From positions 5,642,001 through 5,706,000 of the forward strand of contig NC_043020.1 of NCBI RefSeq assembly GCF_006345805.1: 64,000 nt of DNA. The letters are read 5' to 3'. The position numbers were made by a program, and so were the translations under genes. Positions 38,297 to 49,310 of this stretch are shown piece by piece (the stretch's first letter is position 1; every line of letters starts with the position of its first letter). The stretch is from Octopus sinensis (Eukaryota). Under the pieces are notes generated by a model, which was given only the letters and a program-made list of their open reading frames with translations, made no database searches and was not told where the DNA came from.

Positions 38297-38870
38297 AGAA
38301 ACGTTAGCACGCCGGGTGAAATGCTTAGTGGTATTTCGTCTGCCATTACGGTCTGAGTTCAAATTCCGCCGAGGTCGACTTCGCCTTTCATCCTTTCGGG
38401 GTCGATAAATTAAGTACCAGTTATGCACTGGTGTCGATATAATCAACTTAATCCGTTTGTCTGTCCTTGTTTGTCCTCTCTGTGTTTGGCCCCTTGTGGG
38501 TAGTAAAGAAATAGAAATTTCTGACTGCCGTTACGTTGTGAGTTCAAATTCCGCCGAGGTCGACCTTGCCTTTCATCCTTTCGGCGGTCGATTAAATAAG
38601 TACCAGTTACGCACTGGGGTCGATGTAATCGACTTAATCCGTTTGTCTGTCTTCGTTTGTCCTCTCTATGTTTAGCTCCTTGTGGCTAGTAAAGAAATAG
38701 GTATTTCGTCTGCCGTTACGTTCTAAGTTCAAATTTCGCCTAGGTCGACTTTGCCTTTCATCTTTTCAGGATCGATAAATTAAGTACCAGCTAAAAATTT
38801 GGGTCGATGTAATCGACTTACCCTCGCCCTCGTAACTGTGGACCTTGTAACAAAAAATTTAAAGCCAATA
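38297..38870 (+). mobile_element. Remainder of the interrupted SINE-M: two tail-B units followed by a tail-A unit
   Basis: agaaacgttagcacgccgggtgaaatgc, B-box gagttcaaattcc and the SINE core. Tail-B ends lie at ~38513 and ~38699, and a tail-A-like end (gaccttgtaacaaaaaattt) at ~38860. Confidence 0.88.
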
Positions 38871-39042
38871 TAAAGATAGATTATGAGCGAGTTGAAAGAG
38901 AGGGAGGGGACTGAGTCTGCTTCCCTCCACCCCTGTTCCTTGGAATAGCTCAAAAATATGGAATTACTCTCGAAGCTGCTGTTTCAAGCTCTAATAAATA
39001 GACAAACTACTAGAAAAAAAGAAGTCGTTTTCACAGCTCAAA

Positions 39043-40164
39043 ATGGTTAAACGATTACCGTTACACATAGTGAATAGTATTTCTTGGATTTTGCAGCTGA
39101 TTTTATTTTCTTCATCAGTCGCTTTGATAATCTACTCTATCGCTAACGATGTCTGTGTATGTTCAGATGTAGGTTTGTTATGTGATCTAGACAGGCCACA
39201 TATCTACTACAATTGCTCTGCGGCAGGAAATCGACCGACTTTAGAAACTTGTCCGTCTGGGCAGCGATTCGATGTCTTTCGTGGAGTCTGCCTTCTTCCA
39301 TGTGATGTTGTCGAATGTTTGAAAGGGAGAGAGCTTCGTAAAAAATTTTATTTTCCAAATAAGTGTCGTTTTAATTTTTCTTCGCCATTATCGACTTCAT
39401 TTACGGAAAACTTGCAGAATGGGTGTTCTACAACTGCCACTGATGGTCAAAATTTATCCACTGCTGTTGATGTAAGTCCATCTAATTCGCTGACAAAGAA
39501 AATATTGACAAAGGTATCATTCGCAGACGACGATGTGGCTGTCAATCTTGTGAACTCCTCATACAACTTGTCCATACAAAATGATGACCAGTCGTTTCAG
39601 ATCGTCTCTGAGGAGTTAAAATTGAACGAAACTGCCACAGTCTCTCAACTCCTTCCCGTTAATAACCCAGCTAACACGACTAATGAATTGGAGACATTTA
39701 CCAGTCGTACTACGCCAACGTTGAAGTCGTTTACAAGAGAAAACCTATCAACAGAGAAGTCTCCCACTAACGTTACTCGAGCGGAATCAGTCCAACATGA
39801 ATTAAATTCTAAAGTCGAATCGAATTTGAGCCCCACCGAAGAAAACGGAGAGAAACGAAATCGAACTCAGTTTGAACCGTTGAATAATAGAACTGTTACT
39901 GCAAGAACAGGGACACCCCTATGGAAAGAGTTCGGTCTCCAGTCTCGTCAGCAACGAGATAAACTTGTGCAGCTGTGTAAACAAGGGTCGACATTTCTCT
40001 GCGATTCTTCGGACCGTTCAGTCTTTTACCGCTGCTTTAACAATCGGCCTTACCGCTACATTTGTCCAAAACCATTACTCTTCGATTCCAATATAAAAGA
40101 ATGTAGTCGCAATAAGAATGCGGTCTGTTTGCCGTCCATGGATTGGCGGCGTTTGGAAAAATAA
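39043..40164 (+). CDS. Secreted or membrane-anchored protein with two chitin-binding type-2 (peritrophin-A/CBM14-like) domains and a Ser/Thr-rich linker
   Basis: 373-aa ORF with a hydrophobic N-terminus. Two Cys motifs (C...IYYNC...TCPSGQRFDVFRGVC and C...VFYRCFNNRPYRYICPKPLLFDSNIKEC...C) flank an S/T/N/E-rich spacer. The start is uncertain because there is a possible splice acceptor, ttttgcag, at ~39096. Confidence 0.8.
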   Translation: MVKRLPLHIVNSISWILQLILFSSSVALIIYSIANDVCVCSDVGLLCDLDRPHIYYNCSAAGNRPTLETCPSGQRFDVFRGVCLLPCDVVECLKGRELRKKFYFPNKCRFNFSSPLSTSFTENLQNGCSTTATDGQNLSTAVDVSPSNSLTKKILTKVSFADDDVAVNLVNSSYNLSIQNDDQSFQIVSEELKLNETATVSQLLPVNNPANTTNELETFTSRTTPTLKSFTRENLSTEKSPTNVTRAESVQHELNSKVESNLSPTEENGEKRNRTQFEPLNNRTVTARTGTPLWKEFGLQSRQQRDKLVQLCKQGSTFLCDSSDRSVFYRCFNNRPYRYICPKPLLFDSNIKECSRNKNAVCLPSMDWRRLEK

Positions 40165-43129
40165 GTCATTAATTAAAAACTTAATTAAGCTGAAGAATTG
40201 TATAACCTCGTACTATGAAAATGAACATCCCTCCTCTAAAAAGCTAATTTGTTCTATAGCCTTTTCCATTTGTTATGACATCGAAATCTCTTGGCAGCCA
40301 TTGTTATGCAGATTATTTCGATACTAAAAAAAAAAAAAATTTCGTTACTAAAAATATTTTTTTGATTTAAAGTTTACTAGAGATTGAGCCTTTGTTAATC
40401 TGTTAAATCTCTTAATCCACTTTTATTTTCTTCTAGTTCATATCGCTTAAATTTTAAATCAATCACTTATTTACTTGACCATCTCGTAACCGTTACATTT
40501 CCAGATGACATCAGCCATAGTTTCTTTGAGCGCGCATGCGCATACACTTTTAATGAATTCTTGTTTTGAAAGAAAATAATAAACCTAGAAAAAGTTGTGA
40601 GTGTAAATATTCACACTTCTCGAAATTCAAATTAGTTTAGAGTTTTAATGTTTGTTTTAATTACTTGTTAATTAGCAAAAAATATAAATTGTTGTATTTG
40701 TTCCACTTCAACTTCGGTGATAATGTTCGTAGAATCGGTAATATTCTACTAAACGACCGAAATAATTTCTGTTCTCGGTTTGACCTTTTTTTTGCTTCTT
40801 CAAATTCTTGCTTAATTTCCTTGGTAACAGCATGAACGTCACATTCACTGTCTTAAACCCCGAAAGCTGTTGTATCCACTTAAGAATTGGTCTTGCTTTT
40901 ACAAGACCCATCCCACCACCACCACTCCAAACATCACCGTCGATCGTTAAATTCAGACGTTCACCTTCAAGAATCGACAGCCCCCTTCTGTAGAGTTTGC
41001 TCCCTCGGGACATAAATGAAGAGATTTCTTTCCTCGCCCCCTTGAATTCCTAAAAATACATTTACTTAAGCGTTTTAATTAGTAAGTTTATCACAAATAA
41101 AAGGTAATTATATTAAGCTATTTCCACAAATATAGATGAAGATAAGCATCGGGAATGCTTTTGTCCCGCTGCAGAAGCAACACAAATGTATTACAAGTTC
41201 TTATGAATTCATCGCAGTATTGGAAATCCCTCCGCATCATCAGCAAGTATCTTAAGGTCACAAACTTTCGCCCCTTAGCATGTAGGCTTCGCCTGAGTGG
41301 ACCACGAGGACTGACTTCGTCTTCACCTGAAGAAAGGTTCCACCTGTGGTCGCTTCTCAACCAGTCGCATTGAACTGGTTTCAGCTGCCAGGCTTATCTC
41401 TTTGGAGGCTTTCTTAGGTTGTCTCAGCTCCAGACTCATCTTCTGTCACACATTCATATGTATGTGTTTGCGTATGCCAAACCACATCCCCACTCTTGGT
41501 ACTATTTGTTAGTGAACAGTACAAACTGTGTGTAAAGTATATAATGTATTACTACGCTGTAATGTAGTCGTCCGTGTATCAAGTAATGAAAATAAAACAC
41601 GTAAACAATAACGATGGTTTTCATTTGGTTGTCTTTCCCATTAGAACCCAAACTACACATAACATCTTCTACTGAAAATAACCCATCGATCTAGCTGGAA
41701 AGCCGCAGTAGCCGACTTCAACAGGAGATTAGGCTGCGTGCCATCCCTTGACAAGGCCCACGTTGACCAAGTCCTGACGTTTGGTTTTCTTTACTAGTGA
41801 GAAGTATCGAATCTGTCCTGCCAGGACACTGGAAATTCAACCGTGATGATTGATTGTGCATGGCACAATATAACAATGTGTGTGCATGTGCAGCAAAGAA
41901 AGTGCAGGCGACTAACATCAACTTTTCCAATGCATAAGCGGTCCCTTATTTTATCAATTCTGAATGATGAAAGACAACGCCTGGCAGATTTGATCTCTGG
42001 ACGTATATGATAAACAACTTCCTTGACATTTTTCCCAGGGTGCACTTTTCTGATCTATTTAAACCATTAACATTGGTTCAAAATTTTGGCACAAGGCCAG
42101 CAATTTCAGGGGAGTGAGTAAGTTGATTACATCTCCCCGCAGTGTTCAACTGAAACTTATTTTACCGTCCCCGAATGGATGAAAGACAAAGTCGACCTCA
42201 GCGGAAATTGAACTCGAACCGTAAAGATGGACGAAATACTGCTAAGCATTTTCCCCGGCGTGTTAATAATGGTTCTGCTTGCTTGCTGCCATGTTTTCAC
42301 CCGTTGTTATTGAAAAGTGGTGGTAAAGGCGGCGAGCCAGCAGAACCATTTCGTCCATCTTCGCGTTCTGAGTTCAAATTCCGCCGAGGCTCACTTTTCC
42401 TCTCATTGCTTTTGGGGTCAATAAAAAAATAAGTACCAGTTGAGTACTGAAGTCGATGTAATCGACTTAAACCCTTCCCCGAAATTGCTGGTGTTGTGCT
42501 AAAATTTGGAAAGTAGTAAGACGGTGAGATGGCAGAACAGTTAGCACGCCGGACAAAAATGTTTAGCGGTAATTCGTTCGTCTTTACGTTTTGAGTTCAA
42601 ATTGTGCCGAGGTCGACTGAAACCAATATTGATAACTGGTACGGGTGGCGGGAGTGGATTGTCAGAATCATTAAAGTTTCGTACAAAATACATTAGTTAT
42701 GGCACTCAACGTTCTGAGTTCAAATCCTGAGGTTAATTTTGTTGCTTTTGTCCTTTCGGGGTCAATAAAATAACATACAGCTAACTTCTAAAATAACGGC
42801 AATTTTGTGTCTGAGATGCCGTTATAGTGAATTGTTTTTTGGGAGTTTTTTTCCGTTGTCTTGGAATTATTTAATATATTTTTATTAAAGTAAATAATAG
42901 CAGTGAAAATGGTAAATATGTCACAGATAAAATATAATTAATTTAGGGTGGCAAGCTGACAGAATGCTCAGCACGCCAGGCAAAATGATTAGCGGCATTT
43001 TGCCTGCCTTAATGTTCTGAGTTCAAATTCCGCCGAGGTCGGTTTTGCCTTTCATCCTTTCGAGGACGATAAATTAAGTACCAGCTGAGTAATGAGGTTG
43101 ATGTAATCGGGTAGGCTACTCCTGCAATA

Positions 43130-43548
43130 GGATCTTTTCGGTTTGAACGGCAGTTTTTAAAAATAATTTCCACGTAACTAAACACTTTTAAACTTCGTAC
43201 ACTGGTAGAATGTGTTTATAAAACATCTTTTTCTCTTGGCTTTATTGAGAACATTCTATGGTTTGTAAGATATTTGTTGTTATTTTTCTTCAATTTCTGC
43301 AATTTAAACCAATCAATGACGTCTATTGAGGTGAAAACATTCTGTGCCGTATGAATATGTCCCTCGTTTAAGAAACAGATTGGGTTTATTTACATTTCTG
43401 ATGAAAAAAAAAGATACCCTCCCTCCACCCCTAACCCTAACCCTAAAACAGATTGAAATGCAATAGATCGATACTAGGGTCATAATTATGGGTAACAATT
43501 TCATATGACACCGCTAGAACAAACTGCCGCTCAAACCGAAAAGATCCC
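43130..43548. mobile_element. MITE with ~25-bp TIRs
   Basis: ggatcttttcggtttgaacggcagttt ... aaactgccgctcaaaccgaaaagatccc. An inverted copy lies at 44475-44887 and a partial relative at ~46230-46360. Confidence 0.85.
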
Positions 43549-43549
43549 G

Positions 43550-43842
43550 GCCTTTTCAAGCCTAGCCAGGCTCATGGGCCCGGTTTCTGTGGCGTATGTG
43601 TTCCCCCCAGCTGGACGGGATGCCAGTCCAACGCAGCGTTACTCAAGAAACAGGAAGAGAGAGTGAGAGAAAGTTGGGGCGAAAGAGTACAACAGGGGTC
43701 GCCACTACCCACTGCCGGAGCCTCGTGGAACTTTTAGGTGTTTTCGCTCAATAAACACACACAACGCCCGGCCTGGGAATCGAAACCGCGATCCTCCGAC
43801 CGCGAGTCCGCTGCCCTAACCACTAGGCCATTGCGCCTCCAT
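43550..43842 (-). mobile_element. tRNA-derived SINE (third family)
   Basis: Minus-strand head ggaggcgcaatggcctagtggttagggcagcggactcgcggtcggaggatcgcggtttcgattccc contains A and B boxes. The same head occurs at 50180-50100. Confidence 0.8.
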
Positions 43843-43864
43843 TATTATTATTATTATTATTATT

Positions 43865-44130
43865 ATACCAGCAGTGACCAATAAACCTCGGCTTCTGTTT
43901 TTTGTATGATTTCTCTGATATATACGAGATATCTTCGGATAGCTCACTGTTCGTCATGTGACGATATATTTAGAACAGCACGTATCATTCTGGTGTACGT
44001 GCCATTTAGATGTTTCTTCATGAGAGCTGTAGGTTCCCATGTTATCGAACCATAGACCAAAATTGCTTCCACTGCAGCCTCTGAAGAAATCTATTTTAGT
44101 TTTGCGCAGAGGATTAGATTTCCAGACACT
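43865..44130 (-). mobile_element. Degenerate RTE-like LINE fragment
   Basis: Minus-strand remnant VEAILVYGSITWEPTALMKKHLNGTYTRMIRAVLNIS resembles the LxYGxETW...LR post-RT region. Confidence 0.6.
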
Positions 44131-44474
44131 AATAAATATATTAAATATACTAATAGATTTCCAATATTACTAAGTATATTAAATATCATTAATCATATTA
44201 AAAGAGAAGACAGCCATCTTGCAGACTCGTTAGCGCATTAAACAAATTGCTTAGAGACATTTCTTCGCGTTCTGAGTTCAAATTCCGCTGAGATCGACTT
44301 CGCCTTTCATATTTTCGGGGTCCACAAAATAAATACCCGTTGAGCACTGGGATCGGTGTAACTGATTAGCCTCTCCCCGCAAAATTTTAGGTCTTGTGCC
44401 TATCGTGGAAAGAAATAATTATATTAAAAGACGTGGAAATGGGAGAGTCCTTGGGGCGTCGGATAGAAAGTTGT

Positions 44475-44887
44475 GGGATCTTTTCGGTTTGAACGGCAGT
44501 GTTTTTCTAGCGGTGTCATGAAATTGTCCCCCATAATTATGACCCTGGTATCGATCTATTACATTTCAATCTGTTTTAGGGTTAGGGGTGGGGGGAAAGG
44601 GTATCTTTCTTTCTTCACAAATGTAAATAAACCCAATCTGCTTCTTAAACGAGGAACATATTCATACGGCACAAAATGTTTTCACCTCAGTAGACGTCAT
44701 TGATTAGTTGAAATTGCAGAAATTGAAGAAAAAAGACAACAAATATCTTACAAACTATAGAATTTTCTCAATAAAACCAAGAGAAAAAGATGTTTTATAA
44801 ACACATTCTACCAGTATACGAAGTTTAAAAGTGTTTAGTTACGTGAAAATTATTTTTAAAAACTGTCGTTCAAACCGAAAAGATCCA
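44475..44887. mobile_element. MITE, inverted copy of 43130-43548
   Basis: Same TIRs, and the interior is the reverse complement of that copy. Confidence 0.85.
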
Positions 44888-45239
44888 AGTTGTATAGTAT
44901 TTGTTCCGATTCTCAACGCTCCGAGATCGAATCCTCTCAATAGTCAACTTTGCTTTTCATCCCTGTGGGCAGTGTTCTCTCTAAGACAATGCTCCGCAAC
45001 CTTTTACCACTTGCGGTACACTTATATTCTTTTCAAAATTCGGCGGCACACCTGAACTAAAAATATAGGGGGAAAAAACTATATTCGGGTTACACTGCGG
45101 CACACAGTGTGCCGCAGCATACTTGTTGCGGAGCACTGCTTTAAGCTAATACGCTTGTTCTCGCGCGCGTGCACATATTTTACGATTTGCACACAAAAAA
45201 GTGAGTGGGTGAGCGCGCATGAGATTTTTAAGATGAAAT

Positions 45240-45411
45240 CAGTGGCGTAGCTAGAGTGTGTGCCACCCGAAGCAACCTTTGAGTTTTCCACCACCTCGCA
45301 CACCTGCCGGGCCTCCAAGCTTATACAGGCTTATAAAGTTGAGCCAAATGTGACTTCCTCTATAAAAGCGTCGCTTGAGGCGGACCGCTCCCTTCCCAAG
45401 CTACGTCACTG
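45240..45411. mobile_element. Short hAT-like MITE
   Basis: TIRs cagtggcgtagct / agctacgtcactg with an 8-bp TSD gatgaaat/ggtgaaat. Confidence 0.65.
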
Positions 45412-45662
45412 GGTGAAATCGAATTTAATTGAAGAAATTTGAACGAGCATGACTCTTATGGTTGTGTACATACTCCACTCACAAACACAGCGAAACTTTT
45501 TGAGGGAACATTACTGGTAGGGTGAATAAATCATCGGTGTTGATTAGCCGGTTTGTTAAAGAGTCGAAAGAGATAGTTTGTGATTTCTGTTCTGTTTCTG
45601 TGAGCTCTGAATTCACAAATCCTACCCGTTGCCACCGAGAGAGAGAAAAAGAAAGAAACCTT

Positions 45663-46100
45663 GGCGATCTTTCGTCTCTAGTAGACCTTTCCGTCGATTT
45701 CCGTAAAAATTTTTTTTTTTTACATATGGGCTTGCGGGAACTTTTGAAGTAATATACATACATATACACATACACCGAGTAAAAAATTTCAGTTATCTCT
45801 TTCTTTCACACATTACTCTGTCTCTTCACACACACTAACAGAAGCACTTCACTTACACAACATACTGTCTGTCTCCCACACCCCATCAAACACACACACA
45901 CACACACGCACACACACACACATGTACATCAATGCTTCACATGCACGGTAACTTCAAAAGAACTTCCCTCGTCATAAAATCGCTTAGTCTCTTAGTCTCT
46001 TTCGCTCTCATTACTTCAAAAATTCCCGCAAGCCCATATGTAAAAAAAAATTTTTTTTACGGAAATCGACGGAAAGGTCTACTACAGACGAAAGATTGCC
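45663..46100. mobile_element. Non-autonomous DNA transposon with ~90-bp TIRs (Merlin- or MULE-like)
   Basis: ggcgatctttcgtct...gaagtaat is inverted at ~46010-46100. A perfect 8-bp TSD, gaaacctt, lies on both sides. Confidence 0.8.
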
Positions 46101-47092
46101 GAAACCTTAATATATCCGTCAGGTGAGGCGACTAACTGATAATTATCAGTCGTAGAAAAGCCCAGTGAAAACATGGCTGCCTGAAGATCGTCTGCGAACC
46201 GAAGATCGTCTGCGAACGAAGAGTATATTGGGATATTTTCCTTTTGAACGGCAGATGTCAACTAAACACTTTTAAACTTTGTATACTGGTAGAATGTGTT
46301 TATAAAACATCATTTTCTCTTGGTTTTATCGAGAAAATTCTATAGATTGTAAGATATTTCGTCTGAAAATCCGAGCATTGTGGATTTATCTGAGATTGAA
46401 CCCAGAATAGATTAGGCTTGATTTTTATTTTACACTCGATTTTAGTACTTGACTAGTGTTTTATTTCGTTGCTCACAAAAAGATGGAAGACAAAGGTAAC
46501 CTCGGCGGGTTTTGAACTGGAAACGTAATGAGGCAATAAGGTTTAGCCCAATTTCATTCCTAGCAGTGATCCATCTAACCGCTGAATTACCATTATTAGT
46601 TATCTCCCCTTAACCACTAACCCGCAGACTCCCTAATTCTTCTTCCCTCCTGCATTTTATAGACATTTAAGATGTTGAACGACATAAACGGCCCTCAATA
46701 TCCATGCATTGACTTCTCCCGCGTATCTTTTTCTCTCTTTTCTTGTTTATTTCATAAATAAACCATTTCTAACGGTCTTAACTTGTGACCCCGGTTCAAA
46801 TTATAACTGACCAATTATAGAGACCGCCTGACTTAGACTCGCCCCATTGTGGACCACAGGTGGAATTCTCTGAATTAATTTCTGTGAGTAAATTCTTTTC
46901 TTTAGCTCCCTTCAATAATTATTTACTTTTACTTGAGTTTACTCCATTAACATAGGTACTGCCCTTTGATAATCATGTTAAAATCTTCCTTATATATAGT
47001 TTCTTGATAACTTCTTTTCTTTTTAAACACCCTGACCCTCCACCCCTTAAAATTGCTCCTACCCGTTAATAAATTGTAGCATTCCCTTAGAC

Positions 47093-47614
47093 CAGTGCTT
47101 TTCAAACTTTTTGCTGGAGCGGAACCCCAAGGAAACATTCCACTGGCTCGAGGAACCCCTGTGCAATAATTTGATAGTTTTATGCACACGTATCAAGGCC
47201 GACCAAAGCCTTGTGAGTGGATTTGGTAGACGGAAACTGAAAGAAGCCCGTCATATATATGTATATATATATATATTATGCGTGTGTGTGTTTGTGTGTC
47301 TGTGTTTGTCCCCCTAGCATTGCTTGACAACCGATGCTGGTGTGTTTATGTCCCCGTTACTTAGCGGTTCGGCAAAAGAGACCGATAGAATAAGTACTGG
47401 GCTTACAAAAAAAGAATAAGTCCCGGGGTCGAGTTGCTCGATTAAAGGCGGTGCTCCAGCATGGCCGCAGTCAAAATGACTGAAACAAGTAAAAGAATAA
47501 AAGAAAAAGAATATCTGCACAGGAGAATTAGAAATTATTGCCGATTTTAGCAGTTTTGTAACTTCTTGCGGAACCCCTGGACTGTACTGGCGGAACCCTG
47601 GTTGAAAACCACTG
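47093..47614. mobile_element. hAT-type MITE interrupted by a 5'-truncated CORE-like SINE (~47193-47510, + strand)
   Basis: Reverse copy of 11872-12090 with a perfect 8-bp TSD, ccttagac. Confidence 0.88.
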
Positions 47615-47924
47615 CCTTAGACCTTTACTAACTCACTCTTTTACTTACCGAGCCTGTAGCCCTGATGGTAAGTATTTATTTGCTCTTAACATATTGAGCT
47701 TCTAGACTATTTGTCTAAGCCATGTTTTCTTTCCTTTTCCTTCTTCCATTTGATTTTATTCTATGCTCTTGATTTTCCTTCTAATGAAGATCCGTTGCCT
47801 TAATTCGAATGCCCTATGACGATGAAGAATTTGGCGTAACTTCGGTGTAAGTACCGGTGTGTAAGTACCGGATACATTTCAAGAAAGTGGGGGTCTTTTT
47901 ATATATGGAGGGTTAGGGTTTGTG

Positions 47925-48171
47925 AAAAGTAAGAGAGTCCAGTTTGCTGGACATTGTTGTAGAGCTGAAAACAGGGCAATTTCTACTCTTCTCCTCTGGA
48001 AGCCATCTGCTCGCGATACCAGAAGGCACACACTCTCCGACCCTGATGTAATCTCCAGGGATACAGGCATCCAGCAACAGGACCTCCGTAATGCCATGAT
48101 GGACCGTGAAGTCTGGCGTAGCATGGTAAATTCCATTGTCTCGACCACGGTCAAACAATGATGATGAGGAT
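47925..48171 (+). mobile_element. 5'-truncated RTE-like LINE 3' end with TSD
   Basis: KRVQFAGHCCR...AMMDREVWRSMV C-terminus and a (TGA)n tail. The 13-bp TSD gttagggtttgtg lies at 47912-47924 and 48172-48184. Confidence 0.85.
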
Positions 48172-48518
48172 GTTAGGGTTTGTGTAGAATTTTATACTCG
48201 CATTTATATATAGACGGCATTTTGGCAAACTGATTAGTAAAGGCCGTAAAAAATATGTTACGTCACCCATTTTGTTTGTCATGCTTTGTATTAAAAAATA
48301 AGCTATAAATGTGGTCCAACAGATGTGTTGCTTAATCTTTGGTTTTCTCCATTTTCTAATTATTTGCATTGGTTCCTGATAAACCCTTGTTTATCCTGGT
48401 GTTATCTGCACTCTACGTGTATGGTGTGCCTGCACACCATAGCCCGGTGATAACGCAGGTAACGGATACCGATAGTATATACAGATATTTTATCCCTTAG
48501 TCGGTTATTATAACCGCT

Positions 48519-48583
<65 letters not shown>

Positions 48584-48684
48584 GGAGTAAACACATAAAT
48601 GTGAAACAAGGTGGAAAAAGAGTACTCAAATACCAGTGGTAGAGTAATATACTTTATTTAAAGCAGCAGAAAATTCAACAAAAT

Positions 48685-48722
48685 CTGTTACTCTGAGTTT
48701 CTCGTTGCCGTTCATCAGACAG
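48685..48722 (-). ncRNA. Minimal hammerhead ribozyme motif in a Penelope-type repeat (~48580-48760)
   Basis: Minus strand: ctgt-CTGATGA-acg gcaa cga-GAAA-ctc a gag-TA-acag. Confidence 0.65.
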
Positions 48723-48761
48723 TTTTTGTTGAATTTTCTGCTGCTTTAAATAAAGCATATA

Positions 48762-48825
<64 letters not shown>

Positions 48826-49026
48826 AGATAAGAAAATGGAGGAATATTTTGCATTATGAATTTGAGGTAAAACATTTTACCTTCGCCCATATAATACAAT
48901 AAATGAACTAATTGTATTGCATTTGTAAGCATTTATGTATTAGCCTTTTGGGTACTTTACTGGCAGTATATTGGATAAATGATATCCCATAGTGGGTTAC
49001 ACTCATAACCCCTATCTCACTTTGTA

Positions 49027-49099
<73 letters not shown>

Positions 49100-49266
49100 G
49101 TTGCATACTGTCAATCTAACAAGAACGTGACAGTAGGGGGTACACCACCGCTGTATAGCCCTAGGAAGCATCGAACGCCTCCTGATAGCTTCGACACATT
49201 TTTTCCCTGTGTCCTTATATACATATACGAAGGGGAGACAAACACCCCCGGCTGCCGGAACTGCAT

Positions 49267-49310
49267 CTAGGGACACCGTGTTTCAGGATCGTTGTCCTTC
49301 ATCAGCCTAG
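49267..49310 (-). ncRNA. Minimal type I hammerhead ribozyme (Penelope-type)
   Basis: Minus strand: ctagg-CTGATGA-agga caacga tcct-GAAA-cac g gtg-TC-cctag. The core is intact, all three stems pair, and the cleavage triplet is GUC. Confidence 0.8.

Noticed and set aside
43428-43446. (CCCTAA) telomere-like repeats
   Set aside because: Only about three units, internal to the MITE, and also present in its second copy.
43770-43842. Possible tRNA gene (also 50110-50181 and the SINE-M heads)
   Set aside because: The acceptor stem is not closed and the sequence continues into a repeated SINE body.
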